DNA from: Octopus vulgaris
Taxonomy: Eukaryota
Reading direction: 5' to 3'
Assembly (NCBI GenBank): GCA_951406725.2
Contig: OX597815.1
Coordinates: 168,082,001 to 168,146,000 of the forward strand
Length of the DNA: 64,000 nucleotides
Shown here: one piece after another, positions 40,151 to 54,539 of the stretch
Layout of the letters: every line of letters begins with the position of its first letter
Position numbering within the stretch: the stretch's first letter is position 1
Notes under the pieces: model-generated
The model's input: only the letters and a program-made list of their open reading frames with translations
Databases searched by the model: none
What the model was told of the DNA's origin: nothing
Program-made: the position numbers and the translations under genes

Positions 40151-40424
40151 AATATTCCCAGATGTCTTATGTCACAAAAGCAAATCAAATTGTATGATTA
40201 GACCGTAAGATTGATACGTGAAGAAAAAATTTCAAATAGTGTTGACGATAATTTTTGTCTTCGGGCATGCGCATAAACATGCACTCCGGTCTGGAAAACG
40301 CTATAACAGATCAATGTGGATCACCGGGCATGCGTAAGAGTACATACAGAGAAACACCTTTCCAGTTAAATATATTACTAATGATCCGATATATATATAT
40401 ATATACATATGCATATAAAATACC

Positions 40425-41395
40425 AATGTGCACGTACGCCGCTATATGTATATAAAAAAAGAATACAAAAATGGGACATGAACGCAAAATATCCGTACAG
40501 TTAGATGATACAAAAAAGGGACAAGAAAAAACAAAGACGGGTCACCCGGAGATTTCTTTCGTCAGTTGAGTTCCAGATTATCTTTGCAATTCCGGTTGGT
40601 TATACTCGAGATTGCTCCAATCTAGCCTGCCCCAAGAAAAATCAAAGCTAAGCGCACTAGATTCCTTGGAAGAAAGCAGCGAATGTATACGAAAACAAGG
40701 ACGGGAAAAAACGGAGAAATGGTACGCAAATACAAATGCAAACAACAGGACATTAACAACAGGTGTCTTTCAACTAAGGACGAATCAAATTAAGCTGGCG
40801 TGTGTGGAAGTGAAGCCTTACGACAGGGAAATAAGAGATGGCAAACATGGGAAGGAATATAGATGTTGCACGGATGGTAGTCGAACTAGAATAGAAAGGT
40901 CAGGCTTGGCCGAACACCGGTTACGTGGAGGAAGAAGAGAGAAGTAGAGGCAGAGGGATAGAAGAATTAAGGAGGGACAAGAAAAAAAAGAAAAGGGACA
41001 GAGTGAAGTGAAAGAGGAGGGAAGGTGAAAATGAAGGGAAGGCCAGGAAATGTGAGAGAGGGGGAACGAAAGAAACAAGATTGGAAAGATCGAAGTGTGA
41101 AGGGGCCGATAGAAAGAAAGAAAGAACGAAAGAATGAAAAAATAAGAGAGACATACAAAATTTATATAAATATATATATGAGAGATCAAAGTGTACGTAC
41201 GCCGTTATATGTATATAAAAAAGAATGCAAAAATGGGACAAGAACGTAAAATATCCGGACAGTTAGATGATACAAAAAAAGCACAAGAAAAAACAAGGAC
41301 GGGTCATCCGGAGTTTTCTTTCGTCAGACGAGTTCCAGATTATCTTTGCAAATGGTACACAAATACAAATGCAAATAACAGGACATTAGCAACAG
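40425..41395 (-). repeat. Directly duplicated Penelope-type terminal segment
   Basis: 40430-40590 is repeated at 41190-41350, and 40718-40762 at 41350-41395. Confidence 0.75.
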
Positions 41396-41755
41396 TTTTA
41401 AATTTGGGGGAAGGAGAGGTTGAGGTGGGCATTTTAAATTTGGAAAAGGCGGTTTTTAAAAAAAATTCCCCAAAAAGTTCAAAATTTTAAATTGGGGTGG
41501 AGGGTTAAATTTGAAAAGGTTTTTTTTTTTTCACATATTCGTAATCTCCGACATCTAAAACAGAAATCCCACCAAAATTTCTTTCCCCAAAAATGCATTT
41601 TTCAAGGGGAGTTGCGATTCTGGATTAGCCCCAATTTTTCGATCTACATAAAACGACGGTTTTTTACGTTGAAGTTGATTTGATATGTATTTCATCCACG
41701 AAGCCCTGGGTTGCTATTTTTCACAAGGGTTTTTGTGGTTTCTTTACATTATATT

Positions 41756-41841
<86 letters not shown>

Positions 41842-41844
<3 letters not shown>

Positions 41845-42587
41845 GAGTTGGACAAAAGAGTGGAAACACCCTTAAAATTTCAAACAAATTTATTTTAATA
41901 TGGGGTGGGACCGCCTTTAGCAGTAATTACAGCTTGAATTCTACGAAGTATGAACTTGTACAAAGTTTAAATTGTTTCCAAAGGAATTTTTCTCCATTCT
42001 TCAGCTAAACGCTTTAAAACGTTTGTTTTTGAAAGTAGTGGTTTTCTGATTGCAGTCCTCCAGTGAAATCCAGCCTTGTGCAGCTCCCGGAGAACAGTTT
42101 TTGTGGAAACTGCGTTCACGAGGTGGTCATTAATCTCTGCAGTAAGTTTGGGAGCTGTACCTTTGTGATCCTTGCTAACAATTCACGTAAGAGTCCGACG
42201 GTCCCTATCTGAAAGTTTTGGTTTTCTTCCGGAGTTTTCTTTCGACGAGGAGGTTTTTCCCTCTTTCTCAAAGGCTGTCATAACTTTCGAGACAGTACTT
42301 CTTGATACTCCAAACTTTTCGGCTGTTCTTGTTACGCTAACGCCTACCATACGAGCACCAATAATTTGACCTCTTTGAAAATCCGATAGATCTGTCATTT
42401 TAATGAATTTTAATTACCTTTTTCTGATGATACCTGAAAAAAAACAGCAATTTTAGCAAAACATATTTAGCAACACTAATAATAAATCAAAAAACATAAA
42501 AATAAAGAAGCTTTTGACGGTTTTATAGATATTTCATAATTATGATGCTATGATGGTAGGTGTTTCCATTATTTTGTGCAACACCTG
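41842..42587 (-). mobile_element. Internally deleted Tc1-like transposon
   Basis: TIRs CAGGAGTTGGACAAAAGAGTGGAAACACC / GGTGTTTCCATTATTTTGTGCAACACCTG beside (TA)n. ORF 42183-42398 (MTDLSDFQRGQIIGAR...GRKPKLS) is a Tc1 paired-like HTH; no DDE region. Confidence 0.9.
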
Positions 42588-42719
42588 TATATATAGCAAT
42601 TGCAGATGCAGCATGAAGTTTTGTCAGTGAACAGGTTGCGGTTTCAGAGCGACAAAAATATTTTGACACAAATTAAATTTAAATGTTGAAGTGAATCTAA
42701 CATTCTTTTATGAGTTCTT

Positions 42720-44400
42720 AAATGGTTTACAATCATCTTCCACGCTGCAATTGTTTTTGTTTCAGCACACGATCTCGGATCATGTCACTTGCTATGCAAG
42801 TACATCTCCGTACTTTAATTTTCACTTATGTCCGAATTTTCGTGGCTCGACGTGGCACAGACGAACTTTATCAAGGGCACACACCAGCTGACAGACCAGA
42901 TTTAACTGACAGAGTATTTAATATGAAACTTAGAGATCTCTTGCATAATATTTTGGAGAAGAATGTTTTGGGAGAGTTTGAAGGGTACATGTGGACTATA
43001 GAGTTTCAAAAGCATGGACTACCCTATTGTCTTGTGTTGTTCATATAAAAAAGGACCCAGAATATTACGATAAATTTGTTTATGCAGAACTTCCAAATCC
43101 ACAAACGAAACCAATTCCGTTTCAACATGTCTCTAAAAGCATGCTACATGGTTCACATGGAAGAGATAAACCCAATGCAATACGTATGGTTGATGGGAAA
43201 TATAAAAAACAATTCCTCGAAGACTTTCAAGAAAATACATTACATGGTTATAATGGCTGTCCACTTTACCGACGTCGAAATAGTAGTTTTACATTTACAA
43301 AGTCTAATGTTAAATTAGATAATCGTTCAGTAGTACCATATTCTCCGTTCTTTTATGTCAAATATGGAAGTCATTGTAATGTAACGATATGTGCATTTGT
43401 AAGATCAGTTAAATATATTAGTAAATCTGTATATATAAAAGGCAGGATAAATTTTACCAATTTTGATGTATTTTGTTCAAACTTGATGCCAGCATTACTT
43501 AGGACTCAGAGGATCTTTGAATGCTTTAAGTTCTTCAAAAACGAAAAGAAAAAACAAAAAACAAAAAACAATCGATAAGTGGAAAAAAATCGATAAACCT
43601 ATTCCTTATGGGATTTCCCAATCAAATTGTCTGCAACTTATTTTCAGCCAAAAGTTTGCCAATTTCAACGGATTTCGCTCAAATTTGACGTCGATGCTAC
43701 TTAGTTTGGTTTGAAATAAAGAGCTTGATTAGCTTAATAACCCTAACTTATTCCCGAGCAAAGCCGGGCTATACTGCTAGTATATTTATAAAGGTCATGA
43801 TCGGGTGATAGTCAATATTAGTGAACAAACCAATGCACGACAAACCCATGAAAATGAAATTGAAAATTATATCCATGGAAGCTATGCATCCTCATCAGAG
43901 GCAGTCTGGTTCATATCCTGCAGTCCAACAGTTTACAGTTCCTTTATCCCAACGTTAAAGACGTTGATGATATTGAACATGTTATCCACACACACTGAAT
44001 GGATGTGAGTTAACCGAGAATCACCAGCTAACTCATTTGCATGTACATTACACTATACTGATTTCCCTGAATTTTACACATGGAATAATAGTGAGAAAAT
44101 GTGGCATCTCAGAAACAAATAATACACACTCAATTGGGCGTATCTGCTTTCTTTCAACAAAGGAACAAGAGCTTTACTCTATCTGAGAGCTTTACTGTAT
44201 TATATTCCCAGAGCTACATAATTTGAAGATATGAGAACTATTAATGGTGTAGTTTGCCATAGTTACAAATAGGTTGCAATGAATCTGGATTTAGTACATG
44301 ATAATCGTGAATACTATCGGACTATGGAGCTTGCAAATATTTCAGCTACTCCATATCAGATGCGAAGACCTTTCTACTCCATCCTTATTTACTGCATTTT
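42720..44400 (+). pseudogene. Decayed Helitron Rep domain
   Basis: RPDLTDRVF, IEFQKHGLPY (EFQKRGLPH HUH motif), YRRR, DNRSVVPYSP, KYISKYIYKGHDR, EIENY...SSSEAVW and FEDMRTING, with many frameshifts. Confidence 0.92.
43426..43780 (+). mobile_element. Non-autonomous Helitron nested in the Helitron Rep remnant
   Basis: A|TC...CTAG|T termini, no target duplication, and a subterminal hairpin CCCG-AGCAAAGC-CGGG. Removing it restores KYISK|YIYKGHDR. Confidence 0.88.
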
Positions 44401-44509
44401 ATATGTATACTTATATATATATATATATATTACACAAATATATGATAGAATGCAAAATACGCTATCTTAAAGATAGCGTGTTCGCACTAGTATATATATA
44501 TATATATAT

Positions 44510-44690
44510 ATATATGATGAATAAAAAACGGAGGTAAAAAGGCGATAAGAAAAAACAAAAGCGGGAGGACGTGGTACATGCAAAGTATAAGACGCTCAGA
44601 GAAGGAAAGAAAGTGTGGGCGTTTTTTTTTTACGTTTCGAGCAAAGCTCTTCTTCGGAAACTTTTGAGTAAGGTTCTTCTTCGGAAACAT
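44510..44690 (-). mobile_element. Penelope-type short element with hammerhead variant
   Basis: Minus strand at 44627-44661 reads GTTT-CCGAAGA-A-GAGC-TTT-GCTC-GAAAC-GTA-AAA. Confidence 0.6.
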
Positions 44691-44789
44691 ACATACATAC
44701 ATACATACATACATACATACATACATACATACATACATACATACATACATACATACATACATACATACATAAAATACATGCATATATAT

Positions 44790-44862
<73 letters not shown>

Positions 44863-44887
44863 CATGTATGTATACACACGCACACAC

Positions 44888-44928
44888 AGTCCGATGAAGG
44901 TTAATTGGGCCGAAACTTGGAAGTCGCT
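44888..44928 (+). ncRNA. Type I hammerhead-like motif (U4C variant)
   Basis: AGT-CCGATGA-A-GGTT-AATTG-GGCC-GAAAC-TTGGAA-GTC-GCT; stems I, II and III can be drawn. Confidence 0.55.
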
Positions 44929-45600
44929 TTCAACAGTGTTCTTGCTAGAGAAGAACAATAAATATGTACACTATAGAAAGTATTGAGTGAGCCTTCAGTT
45001 CAATGTAAAGTTGGTTTGATTACAGCTACATAAGAAATATTAATGTGTCTGCGCGCGTGCGTGTGTATGTTTATACACACATAATGATGTGGAGAAAAGA
45101 TGACAAACAGAGAGACAGACAGATAGAGAGAAAGAGAAAGTGACTGAGTGAGACAAATATTAAGTATGCAGTATTTGCATGTATGTACATATGTATATAT
45201 GTATGTATGTATGCATGCATGCATGCATGTATGTATGTATGTATGTATGTATGTAAGTATGTATGCATGTATGTATGTATGTATGTATGTATGTATGTAT
45301 GTATGTATATATGTATAAAGCATTGTCACTCTTAGGCTCTATGCTGACTTCTTCGCTGTTATCATCACCATCATTGTTGTCGCTAAAGTCATTGTTAAAC
45401 TATCTGCATGTATGTACATAATGCCACGGTAACTCACACACGAGATATGCGCCTATGTATGCACATTCAGATTCGGCCTAAGCAATCCAAGAATTACTAG
45501 ATATATCATCCAAATTTTCCATTTCATCGGGTTGTTTCGATTACGCACGAAGGCAACAAAATTAATTATAAGCGCATAATAATAATAATAATAATAATAA

Positions 45601-45631
<31 letters not shown>

Positions 45632-45699
45632 AAGAAGAAGAAGAAGAAGAAGAAGAAGAAGAAGAAGAAGAAGAAGAAGAACAACAACAACAACAAAAA

Positions 45700-48215
45700 C
45701 AAGAACAAGAACGATAAAACAGAGCTCCGAAATCTATCCACAAACATCGAAAACAAAGGCATCGTATGGAGCCAAAAATTTACTAACAAAGGATTGGACT
45801 ATATCCGAGTAAGTAATACTCATTGAAATTTATTACTATTTTCGAAACGAAATGATGTATTTTAACTCGATATCATCTCCACCTCTAACACAACACATGT
45901 AAACATGCGTGATACATTACGATCCATCAACACCAGATCATCCCCGACCCCAAACACCATGTACAAAAAAACTACGAAGAAATTAAATACCACCGATATT
46001 ATTCAACCCAAGAATAACAATCGGGAAGTACGTACTTTAAACTTACAACACAAAATGTACGAAAAACTACACGTGCAAAACAATGTGACAACAGAAATGA
46101 ACGGACAGGTACCCTACGAAAATGACGACCGTCAAAATAATGGGCCGGACGTTGTTCCTTATGTCCCGCAAATAAAACCCAAAAGACATAAATGGACACG
46201 TGAGGAATACATTTCTATCCTACACGCATACTTCACAACAGTGCTCTACCCAAAAAATGAAAACACAACAACACATATATATAAAATATGGAAGGAAAAT
46301 AACATAAATATAGACTTGGATACAGCAATGAACCCTAATAAACTAGCTAACGTACGAAGATACATTCTCAACGCAAAAAAAATATCAGAAATAGAAATAG
46401 AACATCTAAAAGAAAAAATGCACCAGGAAAATGTAGATAGAAGCCACACAACAATGCCCAATAATATAAACACTGAAACAGTAAAACACGAAGACAAACG
46501 TAACATTCCCAACAAACACGATGTAAACAAAAAACAACAAACCCAGACCGTAAGGATGCATAATAATACAAGACAAACAGTAAGCCAAAACACGACAAAC
46601 AAACATATAAATAAGAAAGAAAGCGACACAAATCTAAAACCTGGAAACAACGAAGGGGAGCCTAATGATTATGATAATATAAAAAGTAATATAATCAAAG
46701 AACTGAAAATCACAGAGCTCAAAATGGACCACCGACCATACCTCCCAAAAATCAAAATAGACGAAACAACAACACCAATTATAAACAACATAAACCTAGC
46801 CGTCACGGAACTAATAGCCACTGAAACAAAAAGCGATATCACTGAGCTAAATGACTTAGTATACGCAGCAGCCACTGCAGCCACAAAAGAAGCTGGATAC
46901 TCACTCAAACCCATCCAAACAGGAGTACCACCACCCAAACAAACCCTGTGGATAAATAACATCCAAAACAAAATACAAAAAATGAGAAAAGATCTGTCGA
47001 TTCTTAATGAAATCAGTAGACAATCAACGCTACTGAGCAAAAAAAAAAAAAATACTCCGCAAATATAACATCACAGAAAAAGATTTACCTGAGATAAAAG
47101 AAAAGCTGAAGCAAGATATCCTTGCCAAAGCACAAAGGATCCGCCGGTACGAGAAACGCCAGCGCTTCTTTGAACAAAACAAAAAGTTCAACTCCAACCC
47201 CAGAAAGTTCTACCAAGAACTTGGCAAAAATAAAATAGAAATCACTGCAGCACCAACGGCAGAAGAAGTTGAAGAATTCTGGAGAGAAATATGGTCGGCG
47301 AACGAACAACCAAAACTCAACATCTGAGAAACTTTGGACCCCATAACAACTGAAGAGGTCACCCAGGCACTGCAAAGACTAAGCAACTGGAAGGCACCTG
47401 GGCATGACAAGATCCCCAACTTCTGGTTGAACTATCTAACAGGAATGCACAAAAAGCTGGCTGAAAACTTTAACAACATACTAGCAGAGCCAGAGACAAT
47501 GCCTGAATGGCTCACGTAGGGGAAAACCATCTTAATTCCCAAATCAAATGAGACAGCAAAACCAGAAAACTACAGACCAATAACCTGTCTCCCTACAATG
47601 TACAAGGCATTTACTGCAGTGATATCGCAAAGGTTGAACAAGCACCTGGACGAAAACAACCTGTTTCCAGAAGAGCAGAAAGGATGCCGCAAAGGCTCAT
47701 ATGGCTGTAAAGATCAACTAATAAAGCCATAACTGAAGACAACCACAGAAAGAAGAAAGGCCTCAGTATGGCCTGGATCGACTACAAAAAGGCGTTTGAT
47801 AGCATCTCCCACACATGGATCCTCGAAACACTAGCCATTAACAAAGTAGCACCAACAATTATAAAATTCATAGGGCACTCTATGAATAAATGTCAAACAG
47901 TGCTACAGCTCCAAACAAAAGAGGGACTCATGAAAACCAAAGCCATCCCCATCAGAAGAGGAATATTCCAGGGAGACGCGCTCTCTCCACTCCTTTTCTG
48001 CTTGACACTGTCACCTCTATCTGATATGCTAAATAGAACTGGATGCGGATATAAATGTTACGGCAAAACGATCAGCCACCTTTTATATATGGATGACCTA
48101 AAACTATACGCTGCAAATGACAAACAGCTGGAAACACTATTAAAGACAGTTCATGGATTTACCAAAGAAATAGATATGAAATTTGGATTAGAAAAATGCG
48201 CCAAAGTAACCCTGA
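45700..48215 (+). mobile_element. R4/Dong-like non-LTR retrotransposon, 5' part through RT, disrupted and 3'-truncated
   Basis: 387-aa N-terminal ORF (KRHKWTREE), then [57 protein letters not shown]. No APE domain seen; preceded by (TAA)n(GAA)n. Confidence 0.88.
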
Positions 48216-48257
48216 ATATACAGATGTATATATACATATATATGCACATATATATGT

Positions 48258-48316
<59 letters not shown>

Positions 48317-48590
48317 TATATATACATATACGCACACATATATATATATATACATATACAGATATATATATACATACACATCTATATATACATATATATA
48401 TATAACTATGTACACATATATATACACATACACACACATATATATAACTATACACACACATATATATATGTGTGTGTATGTATATATATATGTATATATA
48501 TGTATGCATATATATGTATATATATGAATGCATATACATAAATATGCATTCATAAACACACACATATATATACACATAAATATATATATA

Positions 48591-48629
<39 letters not shown>

Positions 48630-48631
<2 letters not shown>

Positions 48632-49058
48632 CAATAAAGGGTTTAGCAACGAATTGCCTTACCACAGACCGAATTTAGAAATAGCAGTCAAAGAGTTATA
48701 GCTATTTCTTCTACTAAAAAAGGGAGATCTCAGTAAAAAAACACAGCAATTGGAAGGCAGACACAAACAGGTAAGAGAGAATGAATTGACGGCAATCTAT
48801 CATACAATTTTAAGTTATCTACGGACGCACGTTTCGAAATCAAGTTTTGATTTCGAAACGTGCGTCCGTAGATAACTTAAAATTGTATGATAGATTGCCG
48901 TCAATTCATTCTCTCTTACCTGTTTGTGTCTGCCTTCCAATTGCTGTGTTTTTTTACTGAGATCTCCCTTTTAGTAGAAGAAATAGCTATAACTCTTTGA
49001 CTGCTATTTCTAAATTCGGTCTGTGGTAAGGCAATTCGTTGCTAAACCCTTTATTGCT
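48630..49058. repeat. ~430-bp near-perfect palindrome
   Basis: Arms of ~213 bp with a 3-nt loop at 48844-48846. The only difference I saw is a 2-nt poly-A length change. Confidence 0.97.
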
Positions 49059-49162
49059 TAGTATTACTTAAATTTTCCTCGAATGAGGCTTTTACATGCC
49101 GAAGACTACTTGGTGTAATTGATAATTATTCCAAATTAATTAATTTCACCCTTCATTATTAC

Positions 49163-49211
<49 letters not shown>

Positions 49212-49494
49212 TATATACATATATCTGTATGCATACATATACATACATACATGGTAGACCTTACCACAATCATGGCGTCTGTTATGGCTTTTTAAACCAG
49301 ATAATGTTCTGAAAAGACACCCACATAGATTGCTCCACTGAGTTGGACAACCAAGACCTGCAGATAAGTTCTGCTCTTTGTAGATCTTAACATGCCCTTT
49401 GAGGCTTCCGTTAGATTAACAAACCCTCTGGCATACATTGCATTCAGAGGTGTGCACAGACATATAGGCAGAATATACATACATATGCATGCAT

Positions 49495-49832
49495 AAATGT
49501 ATCATAGTGAAAGTAATAGAAATGAAGCTAACATATATATACATAGTGAAAGTATGAATAGTTTCACTATTAAACTGAAGGCATTATCTCACATTACAAT
49601 AGAGATTTTATTGTTTCACTTTTGACATGTAATGCTGAAATAGTGTAAGAGACAAGAGATTGCTCCAGGATTACATTAGGCAAGAAGTTGAAAATATTTT
49701 TGGCCCATGACACTGCATAGAATATAAGTAAGACATGTGTAAAATTTGAATGAAATCGGTTGAGTTGTTCCTGAGTTTTAGTGATGCACGCATACATACA
49801 TACAGACAGGCATTCTCAGTTTTATATATACA
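49495..49832 (-). mobile_element. Helitron/Helentron-like non-autonomous fragment
   Basis: Minus strand begins tatatataaaactgagaatg-(GTAT)n-...caaccgatttcattcaaatttt, a layout resembling non-autonomous Helitrons. A similar 5' end lies at ~11760-11794. Confidence 0.45.
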
Positions 49833-49853
49833 TAGGTGTGTGTGTGTGTGTCT

Positions 49854-49886
<33 letters not shown>

Positions 49887-49890
49887 ATAT

Positions 49891-50117
49891 GATGCTCCCT
49901 CGCTATTTCTGCTCATGATCAGAAATGCACATATCGCCAGCCACCAAGGAACATGCTTAAGTGGTTAAGGTCAAACAACTGACTGTAAATCTGTGGTAGT
50001 GAGCAGAGTATTTGCTGTAGCCCATTTTTTATACCAAGAGAAATCATATACATCATAACACTTCCAATCAGTTAAGATAAAAAGCCATGAGAGCCACTGC
50101 CTGGTACTGTATCAGGA

Positions 50118-50211
<94 letters not shown>

Positions 50212-50225
50212 ATTATTATTATTAA

Positions 50226-50293
<68 letters not shown>

Positions 50294-50801
50294 GAGTGAG
50301 AAAGCAATGCATGCGATCAAAGTGACACTAGGGTAGAATATTCGAAGCCTAGTATACCCATCATGACAACCCGTCTGATAAAGGTACACTAAGCATATGC
50401 ATCACAATCATATGTGCGCGACATGGTGATCTCATATCAAGATAAACAGCACATGATCTTGCAGGTGGGGCCCAGTTAGAATTTTCTTCTGGTCGAGTAA
50501 CCCATCCCGCTCAAAAGGTCCCTGAATAAGGGTTATTTAAGGATGTTGAACGAAACACCCATGTTTCCAGAGGTGAATTATTCAAACCCCAAAGAATCCC
50601 TCTCAACACATGGCGATGATGCTCCCCCACTACTTCTGCTCGTGATCAGAGATGCCCATATCGCCAGCCACTAAGGGACATGCTCAACTGGTTACGGTCA
50701 AACAACTGACAAGCAAATCTGTGGTATTCTGTAGAATATTTACTGTAGCCCATCTTTTATGCCAAGATAAAAGAATGTACATGATAACACTTCCAATCAG
50801 T
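49891..50801. mobile_element. Two pieces of the (TAA)n-bounded element separated by ~170 bp of (ATT)n
   Basis: Reverse-complement homology to 15322-15880. Confidence 0.8.
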
Positions 50802-52437
50802 TTATCATCATCATCATCATCATCATCATCATAATCATCATCATCATCTGTTTGACTTTTGCTTTGTATTAGTTCAAAGCCAGAGCACATCTTTATGTTC
50901 CATAACAATTGGACTACACTATCCAATGCTCATTCGTATTTTGAGACTGCAGAATATGACTTGAGGAAAGGATGTTAGTTACTATTTCTAACAAGTCAAG
51001 CGATTATGCTTAGGTTCTCTCGTCGGTTTAGAAAGAGAAGTTATAAATAACAAGATACAGTAATAGTTCTTTCCATAACAGGAACTCTGAAGAGCGATAA
51101 CTTGACGAAATCAGCACAGCGTCGGGAAAATTGCTTCGTGCTATGCGTTCCAACTCTTTACATTCTGAGTTCAAATCTCGCTGTAGTCAATTTTCGATAT
51201 CATCCCTCCGGAGGCAATAGGATAGTTTATCAATAAAGTAATGGGACGATTGCATTTATTTGCTCTTTCTCCTCAAAATTCCTGAATTATTCCTAAATTA
51301 GAAACCATTATTATAAGAACTTTGACGGAATTGTTTTAACTTCGGAATATTTTTAATATATAATTTTTTTAACATTCTGAGATCAAATACTGCAAAGGCC
51401 AATTTTGTCTTTAATCACTCTGCGATCGATGAAATGAAGCTCATGACAAGCATCTGGGTCGATGATATCGACTTACTCCACCCTTAAAATTGCTTTCGGG
51501 GTCGATAAAATATGTACCAGTCGAGCACAGGGGGTCAATGTCATTGATTTCCCCCTTACCCCGAAATTACTAGCCGTGAGCCTAAAATGTGAAACTAATT
51601 AATCATAATTTAAGTTCGTTACATGCAACTGAAGATATTTATCAATGCATATATGTACACACATACACACATTCCTCACTTTTTCTTTCTCTCTATGTGT
51701 ATGAGTGATTCAGTGCGTGTGTGTGTGTGCGTATGTGTGTACGTGTGTGCATGTGTGTGTGTGTTTGTCTGTGTGTGTATATGTATATATATACATATAT
51801 ATGTATGCATGTGTATGTGTATATATATATATATATATATGTGTATGTATATATATATATATATATATTGGCAGAAATGATAAGACAACAAAAGAACGAA
51901 AGAGACCTCGATATTATATAAATAGAGGAATTTATCTGTAAATATAAAATAAATAAAAATAAATGTTCCTTCTCGGGCCATGCAAGGCTCATAAGGGCCG
52001 GTTTCCTGGTTTCAGTGGCGTAGAAATTCCCCACCTGGACGGTACGCCGGTCCGTCGCAGGATTACTCATTTTTGCCAGCTGAGTGGACTGGAGCAACGT
52101 GAAAATGAAATGTTTTGCTCAAGAGCATAACGCATCGCCCGGTCCAAGAATCGAAACCACAACCTTGCGATCATGATTTCAACACCCTAACCACTAAGCT
52201 ACGCGCCTCCACATCTGTAAATATAATGTGACAATTATTCGGTAGACATTCGGAGTTTTATCATGGCTGCCAAATAATTGTCTCATATTATATTTACAGA
52301 TATATATATATATATGAAAAATGCATTAAATACTAGAAATCGTACACGTAGGACAGACACCAGAACCCTAATACTTCATCAGTTATCGATCGAAAAATAC
52401 TAATAACTAGTTTCATGTCTGTTGATATATATATATA

Positions 52438-52482
<45 letters not shown>

Positions 52483-52974
52483 TACATACATACATACATA
52501 CATACATACATACATACATACATACACACACACATACATACATACATACATACATACATACATACATACATACATACATACATACATACATACATGCATA
52601 TATACATACATACATACATACATACATACATACATACATACATACATACATACATGTTAAAACAAAGACTGGAATATATGGTATCATTTTTAATTTTCTA
52701 CTTACAGTTTATCAATATAGATATCAATACTAGTATTAAGATATATTTATCATAAACTGTATAAATACGTTTCTATTTTTAGCCATGTGTAAATTTCCAG
52801 GCGTAATCTCAAAATTATACAATGAACACTTAAAAAAATGTCTTTATACATAGCTTATATCATTTATCATTTATCAAATAGAAGACGAAGAAGAAGAAGA
52901 AGAAGAAGAAGAAGAAGAAGAAGAAGAAGAAGAAGAAGAAGAAGAAGAAGAAGAAGAAGAAGAAGAAGAAGAAG

Positions 52975-53011
<37 letters not shown>

Positions 53012-53277
53012 TTTTCTTAAGACCGGACGAGTTTGGAGGAGATATTAAGTCGATTGCACTGACCTCAGTGTTCAACTAGTATTAAACTTTTCGACCCCGA
53101 AAGAATGATAGGTAAAGCCAACAGAATTTGAACTCAGAGCATAAAGACGAACGAAATGCTGGTAAGCATCGTAATGGCCCCTTTTAGCTCACCTTCTAAG
53201 AAAAAAGTTTGTTGTACATATCCCATTATTTCTGAGTTCGAAAAGTATTTATATACATACATACATACATACATACA

Positions 53278-53313
<36 letters not shown>

Positions 53314-53444
53314 TATAAGGGTATAATCGTAAATATATTGTATAGTTAAGATTTCAATTTTGCTTTTTAACATGTTTTATAAATTCATAGGTAAAAAAAA
53401 AAGTATGTATATAAATATGTGTGTGTGTTGTGTGTGTGTGCTCT

Positions 53445-53935
<491 letters not shown>

Positions 53936-54021
53936 CCCCTATATATTTATTTATATACATACATACATACACATACACACACACACATATATATATATGA
54001 TATATGTATATAAATAAATAT

Positions 54022-54052
<31 letters not shown>

Positions 54053-54539
54053 TTCATTGCTTTCCTCGTTGGCGTAATTTGTTTGCTTTCATTTTGCAAT
54101 AGACAGCCATCACGCAAAAAATGCTAGCTTCCAAATTCTGTTTTCTGACTGGGTAAAAATGATCAAACTTTAAACATCTGTAATATTTTTCTAAAATTTT
54201 TCTTGAATAAATTTTCCCTTAATTTTAGAATTTCAAAATCTGTGACAGCGACAGAGAAGATTCCACCCCCCTTCTCTCTATATATATGTCTCTGTCTTTT
54301 GCACTTTTACATCGTTAACTTCCTTCTCTCTATGGATATTTACCTCTCTCTCTCACGCTTTCTTTTTATATGCTGAGTGTGTATATGTTCTAGCATGCGT
54401 ATGTGCATGTATGTGTTTGTGTGTGAGAGAGAGGGGGGAGATTGTGATTATGTGACTGTGTGTGTTTATGCATGTATGTAAGGAAGTTCATAAGTGAGAC
54501 GGAGTCGAAAGACTCTCACAAAGCATCAGCCATGAACTT

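Noticed and set aside
40525-40570. CTGACGA...GTC motif on the minus strand (also ~41295-41330)
   Set aside because: There is no GAAA correctly placed after a stem II; at best a broken hammerhead.
45905-47068. 387-aa ORF as a host gene
   Set aside because: It continues by frameshift at a poly-A run into reverse-transcriptase motifs, so it is LINE-derived.
52214-52300. Short inverted repeat tctgtaaatataatg.../...catattatatttacaga
   Set aside because: Imperfect ~30-bp arms next to (TA)n; likely another element terminus, with no evidence for a miRNA.
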